From positions 1 to 61,072 of the forward strand of contig JAVEDB010000181.1 in the NCBI GenBank assembly GCA_030841185.1: DNA of 61,072 nucleotides, written 5' to 3'. The notes below the pieces were generated by a model. That model was given only the letters and a program-made list of their open reading frames with translations. It searched no databases and was not told the origin of the DNA. This document shows, in pieces, positions 45,017 through 54,001 of the stretch. A program made the position numbers and the translations under genes. Every line of letters begins with the position of its first letter. Position 1 is the first letter of the stretch. This DNA is from Actinomycetota bacterium (GTDB taxonomy: Bacteria > Actinomycetota > Actinomycetes > JACCUZ01).

Positions 45017-45964
45017 ATGGATCCGATCACGTACACGCAGGCTGTGGTGATCGGCATCCTGCAGGGCGTCACCGAGCTGTTCCCCATCTCCAGCCTCGGG
45101 CACGCGGTGCTCGTCCCCGCGTGGATCGGCGGCAGCTGGTCAGACCTGGTCACGCAGTACGGCGTGGAGGACAGCGCAAAGGCGCCGTACCTGGCGTTCA
45201 TCGTCGCCCTGCACGTGGCGACCGCGATCGCCCTCCTGGTGTTCTACTGGCGCGACTGGGTCGCGATCATCGGGGCCTTCTTCCGCACATTGCGCACCCG
45301 CAAGGTCGAGACGTCCACCGAGCGGCTCGCGTGGCTCATCGTCATCGCGACGCTCCCGGTGGGCATCACCGGGCTGGCTCTCGAACACGTGTTCCGGGTG
45401 CTCTTCGCCAAGCCGCTGGCAGCGAGCATCTTCCTCACGATCAACGGGCTCATCCTGCTTGCGGGGGAACGGCTGCGGCGACGCGCGGACGCGCGCGCCG
45501 AGGTCCACGAGAGCGTCGGCGCGGGTTCTCCCGATGCGCAAGACGAGGCGGTCCACCACCCCGGGTACGACGGCGCCAGCCGCCGACTGGAGACGCTGAG
45601 CTACCGGGAGGCGGCCATCATCGGAGTGTTCCAGACCTTTGCGCTGCTCGCCGGGATCTCCCGCTCGGGCATCACGATGGTGGGTGGGCTGGTGCGCGGC
45701 CTCAGCCATGAGGACGCCGCCAAGTTCTCCTTCCTGCTGGCGACCCCGGTGATCTTCGCCGCCGGTGTGCTCAAGATCCCCTCGCTGCTCGGGCCGGCAG
45801 GAGACAAGATCCACGGCCAGGTGGTGGTCGGGGCGATCGTGGCCGGGCTCGCCGCCTACGCCAGCGTTCGGTTCCTCACCCGCTACTTCACGACCCGCAC
45901 CTTGACCCCGTTCGCGATCTACTGCCTCGTCGCCGGTGTCGCCTCGCTCGTAAAGTTCGCGTAA
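45017..45964 (+). CDS. uppP: Undecaprenyl-diphosphate phosphatase (BacA/UppP), with an internal hydrophilic insertion
   Basis: GILQGVTELFPISSLGH and GISRSGITM are the two signature motifs. The ~45-aa charged segment (RRRADARAEVHES...) between the two halves is longer than I expect for this family. Confidence 0.9.
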   Translation: MDPITYTQAVVIGILQGVTELFPISSLGHAVLVPAWIGGSWSDLVTQYGVEDSAKAPYLAFIVALHVATAIALLVFYWRDWVAIIGAFFRTLRTRKVETSTERLAWLIVIATLPVGITGLALEHVFRVLFAKPLAASIFLTINGLILLAGERLRRRADARAEVHESVGAGSPDAQDEAVHHPGYDGASRRLETLSYREAAIIGVFQTFALLAGISRSGITMVGGLVRGLSHEDAAKFSFLLATPVIFAAGVLKIPSLLGPAGDKIHGQVVVGAIVAGLAAYASVRFLTRYFTTRTLTPFAIYCLVAGVASLVKFA

Positions 45965-45989
45965 CAGGACCTGCCTCCAGGAGGAACCC

Positions 45990-46919
45990 ATGGCTCGTGC
46001 TCTGACCATCTCTGCCCGTGGCGAGTCCCCCACCGTCACCGAGACCCCGTCGCCGGAACCGGGCCCCGGCCAGGTGCGTGTTGCTGTGCAGGCCGCGTCG
46101 GTGAACGGCATCGATGCGTACGTCGCAGCTGGGTACGTCTGGGACTCGATGCCGCACCGGTTCCCGGTGGTCCTCGGCCGTGACTTCGCCGGAACCGTCG
46201 AGGCCGTGGGCACCGACGTCACCAGCGTGCGCGTCGGTGACCTGGTGGCCGGAGTCGTCACCGGAATGGACCTCTACCTGGGCGTGATCGCGGAGCACGT
46301 GGTGGTCGACGAGGACGGTGTCGTGGCCGTACCCGACGGTGTGACGGCGGTGCAGGCCGCCGCTCTCGGGCTTGCCGGGGTCTCGGCGCGTGACATGGTC
46401 GACTCGCTCTCCCTGACAACCGACGACGTCGTTCTCGTCTCCGGCGCCACCGGCGGGGTCGGCGCCCTCGCGGTGCAGCTGGCTGCCGCGACCGGTGCGA
46501 CGGTGCTGGCCACGGCCCGGCCCGACGCGACGGAGTTCGTCCGCGGTCTCGGCGCGCACACTGTCGTCGACCACACCGAGGACCTGGCAGCGGCCGTCGC
46601 CGCGGCGGCGCCGGACGGCGTGACCGCCGTGGCGCACGCCGCCGGGGACGCCGCCGCCCTGGCGAAGACCCTGCGGCCAGGGGGACGGCTCGCATCCCTG
46701 CTGGGTGCCACCGCGGAGCAGGTCGGCCGCGACGACATCACCGTCACCCCCGTGGGCGCCCAGTTCACACCCGAGAAGCTACGGGCCTTGCTGGACGCGG
46801 TGGCAGCCGGTCAGCTGCGGGTGCCGGTCGGGCAGACCTTCTCACTAGAAGAGGCGACACAGGCCCTCGGTGCGTTCGGCGAACCGAAGCAGGGCAAGCT
46901 GGTCATCACTCTCGACTGA
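45990..46919 (+). CDS. MDR-family NAD(P)H:quinone-type oxidoreductase
   Basis: GQVRVAVQAASVNGID...VLVSGATGGVGALAVQLA...GKLVITL motifs. Confidence 0.8.
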   Translation: MARALTISARGESPTVTETPSPEPGPGQVRVAVQAASVNGIDAYVAAGYVWDSMPHRFPVVLGRDFAGTVEAVGTDVTSVRVGDLVAGVVTGMDLYLGVIAEHVVVDEDGVVAVPDGVTAVQAAALGLAGVSARDMVDSLSLTTDDVVLVSGATGGVGALAVQLAAATGATVLATARPDATEFVRGLGAHTVVDHTEDLAAAVAAAAPDGVTAVAHAAGDAAALAKTLRPGGRLASLLGATAEQVGRDDITVTPVGAQFTPEKLRALLDAVAAGQLRVPVGQTFSLEEATQALGAFGEPKQGKLVITLD

Positions 46920-46932
46920 CGGCTCGGGAGAG

Positions 46933-47961
46933 CTAGACGACGATGCTCGGTTCGTCCGGCGCGGACAGACTCAGCAGAGCTCCGGCGACGGCGGGTGATG
47001 CGGCGACTCTCGCCTCGAGGGCCCGCAGCCGGACCGCAACATGTGACTCGGTGTCGTCCCCGGTGAGGTCGACGTCACCGATGACCGACACCATGCGCGG
47101 CCCGACGATCTCCAACCTCAGGTAGGTGACCCGGGCCACGTCGGGGTCCGCAAGAAGCGCCCGGAGGGCCGCCGAGCGGACGCGGGGATCGGTCTGCTCG
47201 CCGACCAGGAACCGCCGGTTGCGGTTCAGCAGGATGACTGCCACGACGGCCAGCAGCAGCCCGACGAGGATCGACCCCGCCGCATCGGGGACCGTGGACC
47301 CGGTGAGCTGGTGGCCGGCCAGGCCGGCGGCGGCGATGACCAGTCCGATCAGTGCCGCCGAGTCCTCGGCGAAGACCGCACGAACCGTGGGGTCGGAGGT
47401 CGCCAGGACGTGCTCGAGGAAGTCCCGGTCGAGTGATCGTGCCTCACCCCTGACCTGCCGTGCCGACTGCAGCAGCGAGATGCCTTCGAGGACGAAGGCG
47501 AGGATCAGCACGGCATAGCCCACGCCGAAGCTGCCGGCGGGCTCCGGTTTGAGCAGCTCCTGCACGCCGTGCGTGACGGATACCGCGGCGCCGGCGGTGA
47601 GCAGGCCCATGGCTGCGAACAGGGACCAGACGTAGGCCTCCCGTCCGTGACCGAGCGGGTGCGCCTCGTCCGCAGGCAGGCTCGACCGACGAATGGCGAC
47701 GAGGAGGAAGACCTCGTTCCCGGCGTCGGCCCAGGAATGCGCTGCCTCGGCCAGGATGGACGGGGACCCGGTCACCGCGGCCGCAACGGACTTCGCCGCA
47801 GCCACGAGCGCGTTGGCGACGAGGGCGACGACCACCGTCCTGACCGTCTCGGAGCCGCTGTCCGAGCCGGGCGCCTGGGTGAACAGGTCGAAGGGGCTTC
47901 CGGCGGTCTTGTCGGCGACATCGGGCTTCGGTAGGGGTTCCCCGTGCCGTTCGCCGGTCAT
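46933..47961 (-). CDS. Cation diffusion facilitator (CDF) transporter
   Basis: SILAEAAHSWADAGNE...six TM segments...a C-terminal cytosolic domain. The ATG at 47961 lies 4 nt after the upstream gene stop. The 48063 track start would overlap that gene. Confidence 0.8.
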   Translation of the reverse strand: MTGERHGEPLPKPDVADKTAGSPFDLFTQAPGSDSGSETVRTVVVALVANALVAAAKSVAAAVTGSPSILAEAAHSWADAGNEVFLLVAIRRSSLPADEAHPLGHGREAYVWSLFAAMGLLTAGAAVSVTHGVQELLKPEPAGSFGVGYAVLILAFVLEGISLLQSARQVRGEARSLDRDFLEHVLATSDPTVRAVFAEDSAALIGLVIAAAGLAGHQLTGSTVPDAAGSILVGLLLAVVAVILLNRNRRFLVGEQTDPRVRSAALRALLADPDVARVTYLRLEIVGPRMVSVIGDVDLTGDDTESHVAVRLRALEARVAASPAVAGALLSLSAPDEPSIVV

Positions 47962-47965
47962 GTCG

Positions 47966-48604
47966 TCAGCGGGGGTCGGGCCGGTCGACGTTCCAGTGCC
48001 GCGCGACGGTGGCCAGCCAGCTGCCGTCCTCGCGGGGCTGAAGGGAAAACCGGCTGATGACACGCTGGCTGCCCTGGTGGTCGCCGTACATCAGATCGAT
48101 CATGATCCGCACGCGGTCGGTGATCAGAGTCCGAACATCGTCGAACTCGGGTGCAGCAGGATCGCGCAGCGCTCCCTGCCAGAAGCCGACATCGCCGGCC
48201 GCGATGTAGAGATCACGGGTGAGCCGGTGGAAGCCGTCCAGGGCCGGCCGTTGGACCTGGCCGAGATCGCGTGACATCTCGACGCGCCAACCGTGCAGCA
48301 CCCCGATGCCGTTTCCCACGTTGCGGAGGGACATCGTGAGGTAGATCGCGCCATCCGCAACCTCCGCCGTGCCGGAGCCTCCCGGAGTCAGCACGAAGTG
48401 CTCGTCGGCGAACCCCACCTTGACCGGAGGATCCTCGGGCCGCGACGGCATGATGAGCGGACGGATGTTGGCCAGCAGCGACTGCTCGGCCACCCGAGCA
48501 GCCCGGTTGCCGGAACGCACCGACGCGAAAGTCGCCATCGCAAGAACCAGCGTGCCTCCTGCCGTCGCGAGGGAGGAGATGGTCACCCAGTCGGCCACGC
48601 GCAC
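47966..48604 (-). CDS. Hypothetical membrane-anchored protein
   Basis: One N-terminal TM segment (WVTISSLATAGGTLVLAMATFA) and a ~170-aa domain with no family I recognise. Possible starts are GTG at 48604 or 48598. The longer track ORF is unlikely. Confidence 0.5.
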   Translation of the reverse strand: MRVADWVTISSLATAGGTLVLAMATFASVRSGNRAARVAEQSLLANIRPLIMPSRPEDPPVKVGFADEHFVLTPGGSGTAEVADGAIYLTMSLRNVGNGIGVLHGWRVEMSRDLGQVQRPALDGFHRLTRDLYIAAGDVGFWQGALRDPAAPEFDDVRTLITDRVRIMIDLMYGDHQGSQRVISRFSLQPREDGSWLATVARHWNVDRPDPR

Positions 48605-48655
48605 ACGATACGGCGTACGGCTAGATTTGGGCCAAGTGCTTCCGGAGGTGCGGAC

Positions 48656-48868
48656 GTGGGCTTTATCAAGGGCTTCGGCCAGTTCTGGTACGACTTCATC
48701 ATCGGCGACGACTGGAAGATCGCGGCCGCCGTGGTCAGCGTGCTTCTGGTGGGCGTCGTGTGCGTGAAGAGCGGTCTCGCGGACGCCACCTTCCTGGCTC
48801 CGCTGCTCGCAGTCGGCGTGGGGTTCGCCTTCGTCGTCGCCCTTCTCGTCGACGTCCGCAAGAACTGA
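48656..48868 (+). CDS. Small (70 aa) two-TM membrane protein
   Basis: GTG at 48656, 7 nt after GGAGG (48644-48648). Sequence GFIKGFGQFWYDFIIGDDWKIAAAVV... It is the first gene of the downstream same-strand run. Confidence 0.5.
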   Translation: MGFIKGFGQFWYDFIIGDDWKIAAAVVSVLLVGVVCVKSGLADATFLAPLLAVGVGFAFVVALLVDVRKN

Positions 48869-48875
48869 GGACCTG

Positions 48876-49679
48876 ATGCAGACGAGCCTCTGGGCACTGG
48901 CCGCGTCGACGTTCTTTGCCGCGATCGTCGAGATGGTCGAAGCCCTCACAATCGTGATGGCGATGGGCATGACCCGCAGCTGGCGTTCGACGCTGATCGG
49001 GGTGGCAGCGGCGATCGCCGCGTTGGTGGTCTTCACCGCGGCGGCCGGGTACGCGCTCGCGACCTGGTTGCCACAGGCTGCGCTGCAGCTCACGATCGGG
49101 ACGCTGCTGCTGATCTTCGGGCTTCAGTGGTTGCGCAAGGCGATCCTGCGGTCATCCGGGCGCAAGGCGCTGCACGACGAGGACCTGATCTACGCCGAGG
49201 AAGTCGAGGCGGCGCGCGCGGCCGGCGAGCCGACCAGGGCCGGGCTCGACTGGTTCTCCTTCGTGGTGAGCTTCAAGGGCGTGTTCCTCGAAGGTGTCGA
49301 GGTCGTCTTCATCGTCATCACGTTCGGTCTCACGGCCAACAACGTCCCCGTCGCCGCCGGGGGTGCGGTCGCGGGCGGAGCCCTTGTGCTTATCGTGGGC
49401 ATCTTCTCCCGCGGGCCGCTGTCACGGGTGCCGGAGAACACCCTGAAGTACGGCGTGGGCTTGCTGCTGTCCGCTTTCGGAACCTTCTGGGCCATCGAGG
49501 GCCTTGGCTTCCTGCGCAGCGGCCGGGAGAGCCTGAGCTGGCCGGGCGCAGACCTGTCGATCCTGTTCCTCGTCGTCGGCTGGTTCGTGCTGTCCCGGGT
49601 CATGGTCGCGTACTTCCGGGTGCCCAAGAAGACTCAGTCGCCGCAGACTCCTGACAGTCGCGTGCTGTCACGTGAATGA
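48876..49679 (+). CDS. Polytopic membrane protein with internal duplication (COG4280/UPF0016-like)
   Basis: 267 aa. Acidic-in-TM motifs are repeated (IVEMVEALTIV and FLEGVEVVFIV). Its end overlaps the next gene start by 8 nt. Confidence 0.55.
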   Translation: MQTSLWALAASTFFAAIVEMVEALTIVMAMGMTRSWRSTLIGVAAAIAALVVFTAAAGYALATWLPQAALQLTIGTLLLIFGLQWLRKAILRSSGRKALHDEDLIYAEEVEAARAAGEPTRAGLDWFSFVVSFKGVFLEGVEVVFIVITFGLTANNVPVAAGGAVAGGALVLIVGIFSRGPLSRVPENTLKYGVGLLLSAFGTFWAIEGLGFLRSGRESLSWPGADLSILFLVVGWFVLSRVMVAYFRVPKKTQSPQTPDSRVLSRE

Positions 49680-50646
49680 GCGCGCCTTCTGGCTGCGCGA
49701 GCCAGGTCTGGGCGAGATAAGACCGGTCTCGCTGCCGGAGCCAGGGCCTACAGATGTCCTCGTACGCACCCTGCGAACCGGTGTGAGTCGCGGCACCGAG
49801 ACGCTCGTGTTCCGTGGCGGCGTCCCCGCGAGCCAGTACGCCGCCATGCGCGCACCGTTCCAGGAAGGGGACTTCCCGGGGCCGGTGAAGTACGGCTACC
49901 TCAATGTCGGCGTCGTGGAGCACGGCCCGCCGGAGCTGACCGGTCGCACCGTCTTCTGCCTCTACCCGCATCAGACCGCGTACGTCGTACCTGCGGACGC
50001 CGTGACGGTGGTGCCCGAGCAGGTGCCACCCACGCGTGCAGTGCTTGCCGGAACCGTCGAGACCGCGGTCAACACCCTGTGGGACGCCGCACCGCTGCTC
50101 GGTGACCGCATCGCCGTCGTGGGCGCCGGCATGGTCGGGTGTTGCGTCGCCCGGCTTCTCGCCCGGTTCCCCGCGGCGCGCGTCACCCTCGTCGATGTCG
50201 ACGCCAGCCGGGCCGACGTCGCGGCCGCTCTCGGTGTGGGCTTCGCCACTCCCGACGACGCCGTCGGCGGCTGTGACCTCGTCGTACACACCAGCGCGAC
50301 CTCCGCCGGCCTCCAGTGCTCCCTGGACCTACTCGGCTCCGAGGGTGAGGTCATCGAGCTCAGCTGGTACGGCGACGCCGAGACCCGGCTGTCACTCGGG
50401 GGCTCGTTCCACTCCGGCCGCCTCAGCATCCGGGCCAGTCAGGTCGGCATGGTGTCCCCCGCCCGCCGCGGCCGGCGCAGCCCGGCCGACCGGACGGCGC
50501 TCGCGCTGGAGCTCCTCCGCGACCCCGCCTTCGACGCGCTGCTCAGCGGCTCATCGCGCTTCGACGAGTTGCCCGACGTCATGGCCCGGCTGGCGGACGG
50601 GAACCTGCCGGGGCTGTGCCACACCATCACCTACGACGAAGGGTAG
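49672..50646 (+). CDS. MDR-superfamily dehydrogenase lacking obvious catalytic-zinc ligands (BchC/sorbitol-DH-like)
   Basis: [15 protein letters not shown] stands where GxCxxDxH is expected. The Rossmann motif reads [14 protein letters not shown]. Confidence 0.7.
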   Translation: MNERAFWLREPGLGEIRPVSLPEPGPTDVLVRTLRTGVSRGTETLVFRGGVPASQYAAMRAPFQEGDFPGPVKYGYLNVGVVEHGPPELTGRTVFCLYPHQTAYVVPADAVTVVPEQVPPTRAVLAGTVETAVNTLWDAAPLLGDRIAVVGAGMVGCCVARLLARFPAARVTLVDVDASRADVAAALGVGFATPDDAVGGCDLVVHTSATSAGLQCSLDLLGSEGEVIELSWYGDAETRLSLGGSFHSGRLSIRASQVGMVSPARRGRRSPADRTALALELLRDPAFDALLSGSSRFDELPDVMARLADGNLPGLCHTITYDEG

Positions 50647-50650
50647 GTCC

Positions 50651-51049
50651 GTGTTCAGCGTCACGGTCCGCGAACACATGATGATCGCGCACAGCTTCCG
50701 CGGGGAGGTGTTCGGACCCGCGCAGCGACTGCACGGCGCGACGTACGTCGTGGACGCGACGTTCCGGCGCGCAGCCCTCGACGAGGACAACCTCGTGGTC
50801 GACATCGGGCGAGCCACCGATGAACTGCACGCCGTCCTCGCAGAGCTGAGCTACCGCAACCTCGACGACGAGGACGCCTTCACCGGGATGAACACGTCGA
50901 CCGAGGCGCTGGCCCAGGTGGTCGCGGACCGGCTTGCCGACCGCGTACACGCCGGCGCTCTCGGCGACGGGGCCCGCGGGCTCGAGGGGATCGCCGTGAC
51001 CCTGCACGAGTCACACATCGCCTGGGCGAGCTACGAGCGGCCGTTGTGA
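50651..51049 (+). CDS. 6-pyruvoyl-tetrahydropterin synthase/QueD-fold protein with degenerate active site
   Basis: 132 aa. MIAHSF...[13 protein letters not shown] parallels the family pattern AAHRL...C-x3-HGH. Here the Cys and the second His of HGH are both Ala. Confidence 0.6.
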   Translation: MFSVTVREHMMIAHSFRGEVFGPAQRLHGATYVVDATFRRAALDEDNLVVDIGRATDELHAVLAELSYRNLDDEDAFTGMNTSTEALAQVVADRLADRVHAGALGDGARGLEGIAVTLHESHIAWASYERPL

Positions 51050-52080
51050 CGGTGGTGCACGTCGTGGTGCCCGACGGCGTCGACGACCCGACGCAACCGA
51101 GCGGCGGGAACGCCTACGACCGGCAGGTCTGCCGGGGCCTTGCCTCCACCGGCTGGTCGGTGGTCCAGCATCCGGTGCCCGGCTCCTGGCCCCGGCCCGG
51201 TCCGGCCGCGAGCGAGCAGCTGGCCGGCGTGATCGCAGGAATCCCCGACGGCGCTGTCGTGCTGGTCGACGGCCTGGTCGCCTCGCCGTCCCCGCAGGTG
51301 CTCGTGCCGGAGGCGAAGCGGCTGCGCCTAGTCATCCTGGTGCACATGCCACTTGGTGGGCCGGCCGAGCACGCGGTGCTGTCCGCGGCGGCAGCGGTCG
51401 TCACGACCAGCACGTGGACCCGGCGCCGGTTGCTCGACGACTACGCCCTCTGCCCCAACAGCGTCCACGTCGCCGAACCTGGCGTCGAGTCGGCCGACCT
51501 GGCGGAGAGTACGCCGGCCGGTGGCCGGCTGCTGTGTGTCGCAGCAGTGACGCCGGTCAAGGGACACGATGTACTGGTCGCCGCGCTGGCCACGGTCGCG
51601 GACCTCTCCTGGCGCTGCACGTGTGTGGGCAGCCTGGACCGTGACCCGCGCTTCGCCAAGCGGGTGCGCCGGGAAGCCATGGAGAAAGGCGTCGGTGACC
51701 GGGTGCACTTTCCGGGCGCGCGTACGGGCGCCGACCTGGACGCGTCGTACGCCGGCGCGGACCTGCTCGTCCTCGCGTCGCGCGCCGAGACTTACGGCAT
51801 GGTCGTCACCGAGGCGCTGGCCCGCGGGCTCCCGGTTGTCGCCACCGACGTCGGCGGGTTGCCGGAGGCGCTGGGCCGCGGTGCCGCCGGACATCGGCCA
51901 GGGGTCCTGGTCCCGCCCGACGACCCGGTCGCGTTCGGTGCCACGCTGCGCGACTGGCTGGTCGACGGCGATCTGCGGGCGCGGCTGCGTCTGACTGCGC
52001 GGGAGCGGCGTGCAGCACTGGCGGACTGGCCGGCCTGCACCTCCGCGATCGCGGAGGTGCTGGCGGCGGCCGGCCGATGA
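51046..52080 (+). CDS. Glycosyltransferase family 4
   Basis: The C-terminus [24 protein letters not shown] (E-x7-E) is set in a GT-B layout. GTG overlaps the upstream TGA. Confidence 0.8.
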   Translation: MTVVHVVVPDGVDDPTQPSGGNAYDRQVCRGLASTGWSVVQHPVPGSWPRPGPAASEQLAGVIAGIPDGAVVLVDGLVASPSPQVLVPEAKRLRLVILVHMPLGGPAEHAVLSAAAAVVTTSTWTRRRLLDDYALCPNSVHVAEPGVESADLAESTPAGGRLLCVAAVTPVKGHDVLVAALATVADLSWRCTCVGSLDRDPRFAKRVRREAMEKGVGDRVHFPGARTGADLDASYAGADLLVLASRAETYGMVVTEALARGLPVVATDVGGLPEALGRGAAGHRPGVLVPPDDPVAFGATLRDWLVDGDLRARLRLTARERRAALADWPACTSAIAEVLAAAGR

Positions 52081-52901
52081 GCCTCGAGTCCGTCCGGGTC
52101 AGCCCGCAGTGGCTGGCGCTTCGGGAGTCGGCCGACGCTGCGGCGCGGTCGAGCGAGCTCGTCGGACAGCTCCCGAGCCTCCTGCCTTCCCGTGGCGGCG
52201 TGGTGATCCACGACCTCGGCTGCGGCACCGCGGGGATGGCTCGCTGGCTCGCCCCGCAACTGCCCGGCCCGCAGCACTGGGTCCTGTACGACCGGGACAC
52301 CGAGCTGCTCGCCGTCGCCGCCGCGTCCCTCCCGCGCGTTGCCGCCGACGGGACCGCGGTCACCGGCGAGACTCGCCGCCACGACGTCACCCGGCTCGGC
52401 GCGGATGAGCTGGCCGGGGCCTCCCTGGTGACCGTCTCGGCGCTGCTGGACATGCTGACGGCGGACGAGGTGGATCGGCTCGTCACGACATGTGCGGGCG
52501 CCGGCTGCCCGGCGCTGATCACCGGCTCGGTCATCGGCCGTGTCGAGCTGCGCCCGGACGACTCTCTCGACAACCTCGTCATGGATGCCTTCAACGACCA
52601 CCAGCGCCGCGCGACCGGCGGCCCACGACTGCTCGGACCGGACGCGGTGGACGCTGCGGTGGCCGCGTTCACCCGGCTCGGGTCTGACGTGGTCGTCCGG
52701 CCCAGCCCGTGGCGCCTCGGCGCTGCCGACGCCGCGCTGACGGCGGAGTGGTTCACCGGCTGGGTAACCGCAGCGGTCGAGCAGCGGCCGGAGCTGGCGG
52801 GCGCGCTGGCGGGCTACGGGCAACGGCGCCTGGCCGACGCGGCTGCCGGCCGGCTGAAGGTCGTGGTGCAGCACCAGGATCTGCTGATCCTCCCGCGGTG
52901 A
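52077..52901 (+). CDS. Class I SAM-dependent methyltransferase
   Basis: VIHDLGCGTAGMARWL (motif I) and LVTVSALLDML. ATG overlaps the GT4 stop (ATGA). Confidence 0.75.
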   Translation: MSLESVRVSPQWLALRESADAAARSSELVGQLPSLLPSRGGVVIHDLGCGTAGMARWLAPQLPGPQHWVLYDRDTELLAVAAASLPRVAADGTAVTGETRRHDVTRLGADELAGASLVTVSALLDMLTADEVDRLVTTCAGAGCPALITGSVIGRVELRPDDSLDNLVMDAFNDHQRRATGGPRLLGPDAVDAAVAAFTRLGSDVVVRPSPWRLGAADAALTAEWFTGWVTAAVEQRPELAGALAGYGQRRLADAAAGRLKVVVQHQDLLILPR

Positions 52902-54001
52902 TCTCCGGGGAGCCAGTGAACCCGACGCGCGGGAGATACGTGTCCCCTGGGGAGCGGCTCGGCGCGGGTGAGGGCGGGCGCGACGCTCGCGCAGGCACCG
53001 ACGAGGAATCGAGCGCCAGGTTGAGCCGCACATCGTGGGCGCGGCTGCTGGGGTCGGCCGGAGTCCTCTCCGTGCTTGTCTGGCGGTTGGGCACCGGTCC
53101 CTTCCTCGACGGCGTGCGCACCGTCGGCTGGCGGTCGCTGGCGGCAGCGTCCGTCATCGCGGCGGTGACCACGGTGTGCTGCGCCTGGCGCTGGCAGACC
53201 GTCGTACGCGGTCTGGGTGTCGACCTGCCGTTCGGCGCTGCGGTCTCCGCCTACTACCGGTCGTTGTTCCTCAACGCGGTGCTGCCCGGCGGCGTGGTGG
53301 GCGACGTGCATCGTGGAGTGCGGCACGGCCACGACGTCGGGGACCTCGGCCGCGGGCTGCGAGCCGTCGCCTGGGAACGCACCGCGGGCCAGGTCGTGCA
53401 GGTCGTGCTGACGATGGTGGTCCTGCTCACGTTCCCGTCACCGGTGCGCGCGTCGATGCCGGTGGTCGCAGCTGTCGTCGTGGTGCTCGCACTCTGCATC
53501 CCCCCGCTGGTGCGGCTTCTGCCCGAAGGTGAGGAGTTGCTCCTGGCCAGGGCCTGGCGCGCGGCTCGCTCCGATGTCCGCGACGGTCTGCTCGTACGCC
53601 GGGCATGGCCGCGCGTCGTGCTCGCCTCGCTTGTCGCCGGCGCTGGCTATGCAGGCACCTTCCTGATCGCTGCACGGACGGCCGGCGTCACGGCCTCGTT
53701 CGCCCGCCTGGTGCCGTTGGCGCTGCTCGTGCTGCTGGGGGCGACGCTGCCGAGCCTCGCCGGCTGGGGTCCACGGGAGGGTATGGCGGCCTGGGCGTTC
53801 GCAGCGGCCGGGCTGGGCGAGGCCCAAGGAGTGGCCACCGCCGTGGTCTACGGCGTGCTGGCGGTCGTCTCGAGCCTGCCCGGAGCCGTCGTGCTGGTCG
53901 TGGGCTGGCTGCGCCAGCGGACGCGACGAGGCCAGCCGGCGGCTCGGAGGGAGTTGCGTGTGTCGGTGGCTGCCGGGCGGGAAGGGTGTGGCGGTGACTG
54001 A
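52898..54001 (+). CDS. Lysylphosphatidylglycerol-synthase-TM-like ('flippase-like') membrane protein (second copy in window)
   Basis: WRWQTVVRGLG...YYRSLFLNAVLPGGVVGDVHR is typical of the family. GTG at 52898 overlaps the MTase stop (GTGA), and GTG at 52916 is the alternative start. Confidence 0.7.
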   Translation: MISGEPVNPTRGRYVSPGERLGAGEGGRDARAGTDEESSARLSRTSWARLLGSAGVLSVLVWRLGTGPFLDGVRTVGWRSLAAASVIAAVTTVCCAWRWQTVVRGLGVDLPFGAAVSAYYRSLFLNAVLPGGVVGDVHRGVRHGHDVGDLGRGLRAVAWERTAGQVVQVVLTMVVLLTFPSPVRASMPVVAAVVVVLALCIPPLVRLLPEGEELLLARAWRAARSDVRDGLLVRRAWPRVVLASLVAGAGYAGTFLIAARTAGVTASFARLVPLALLVLLGATLPSLAGWGPREGMAAWAFAAAGLGEAQGVATAVVYGVLAVVSSLPGAVVLVVGWLRQRTRRGQPAARRELRVSVAAGREGCGGD

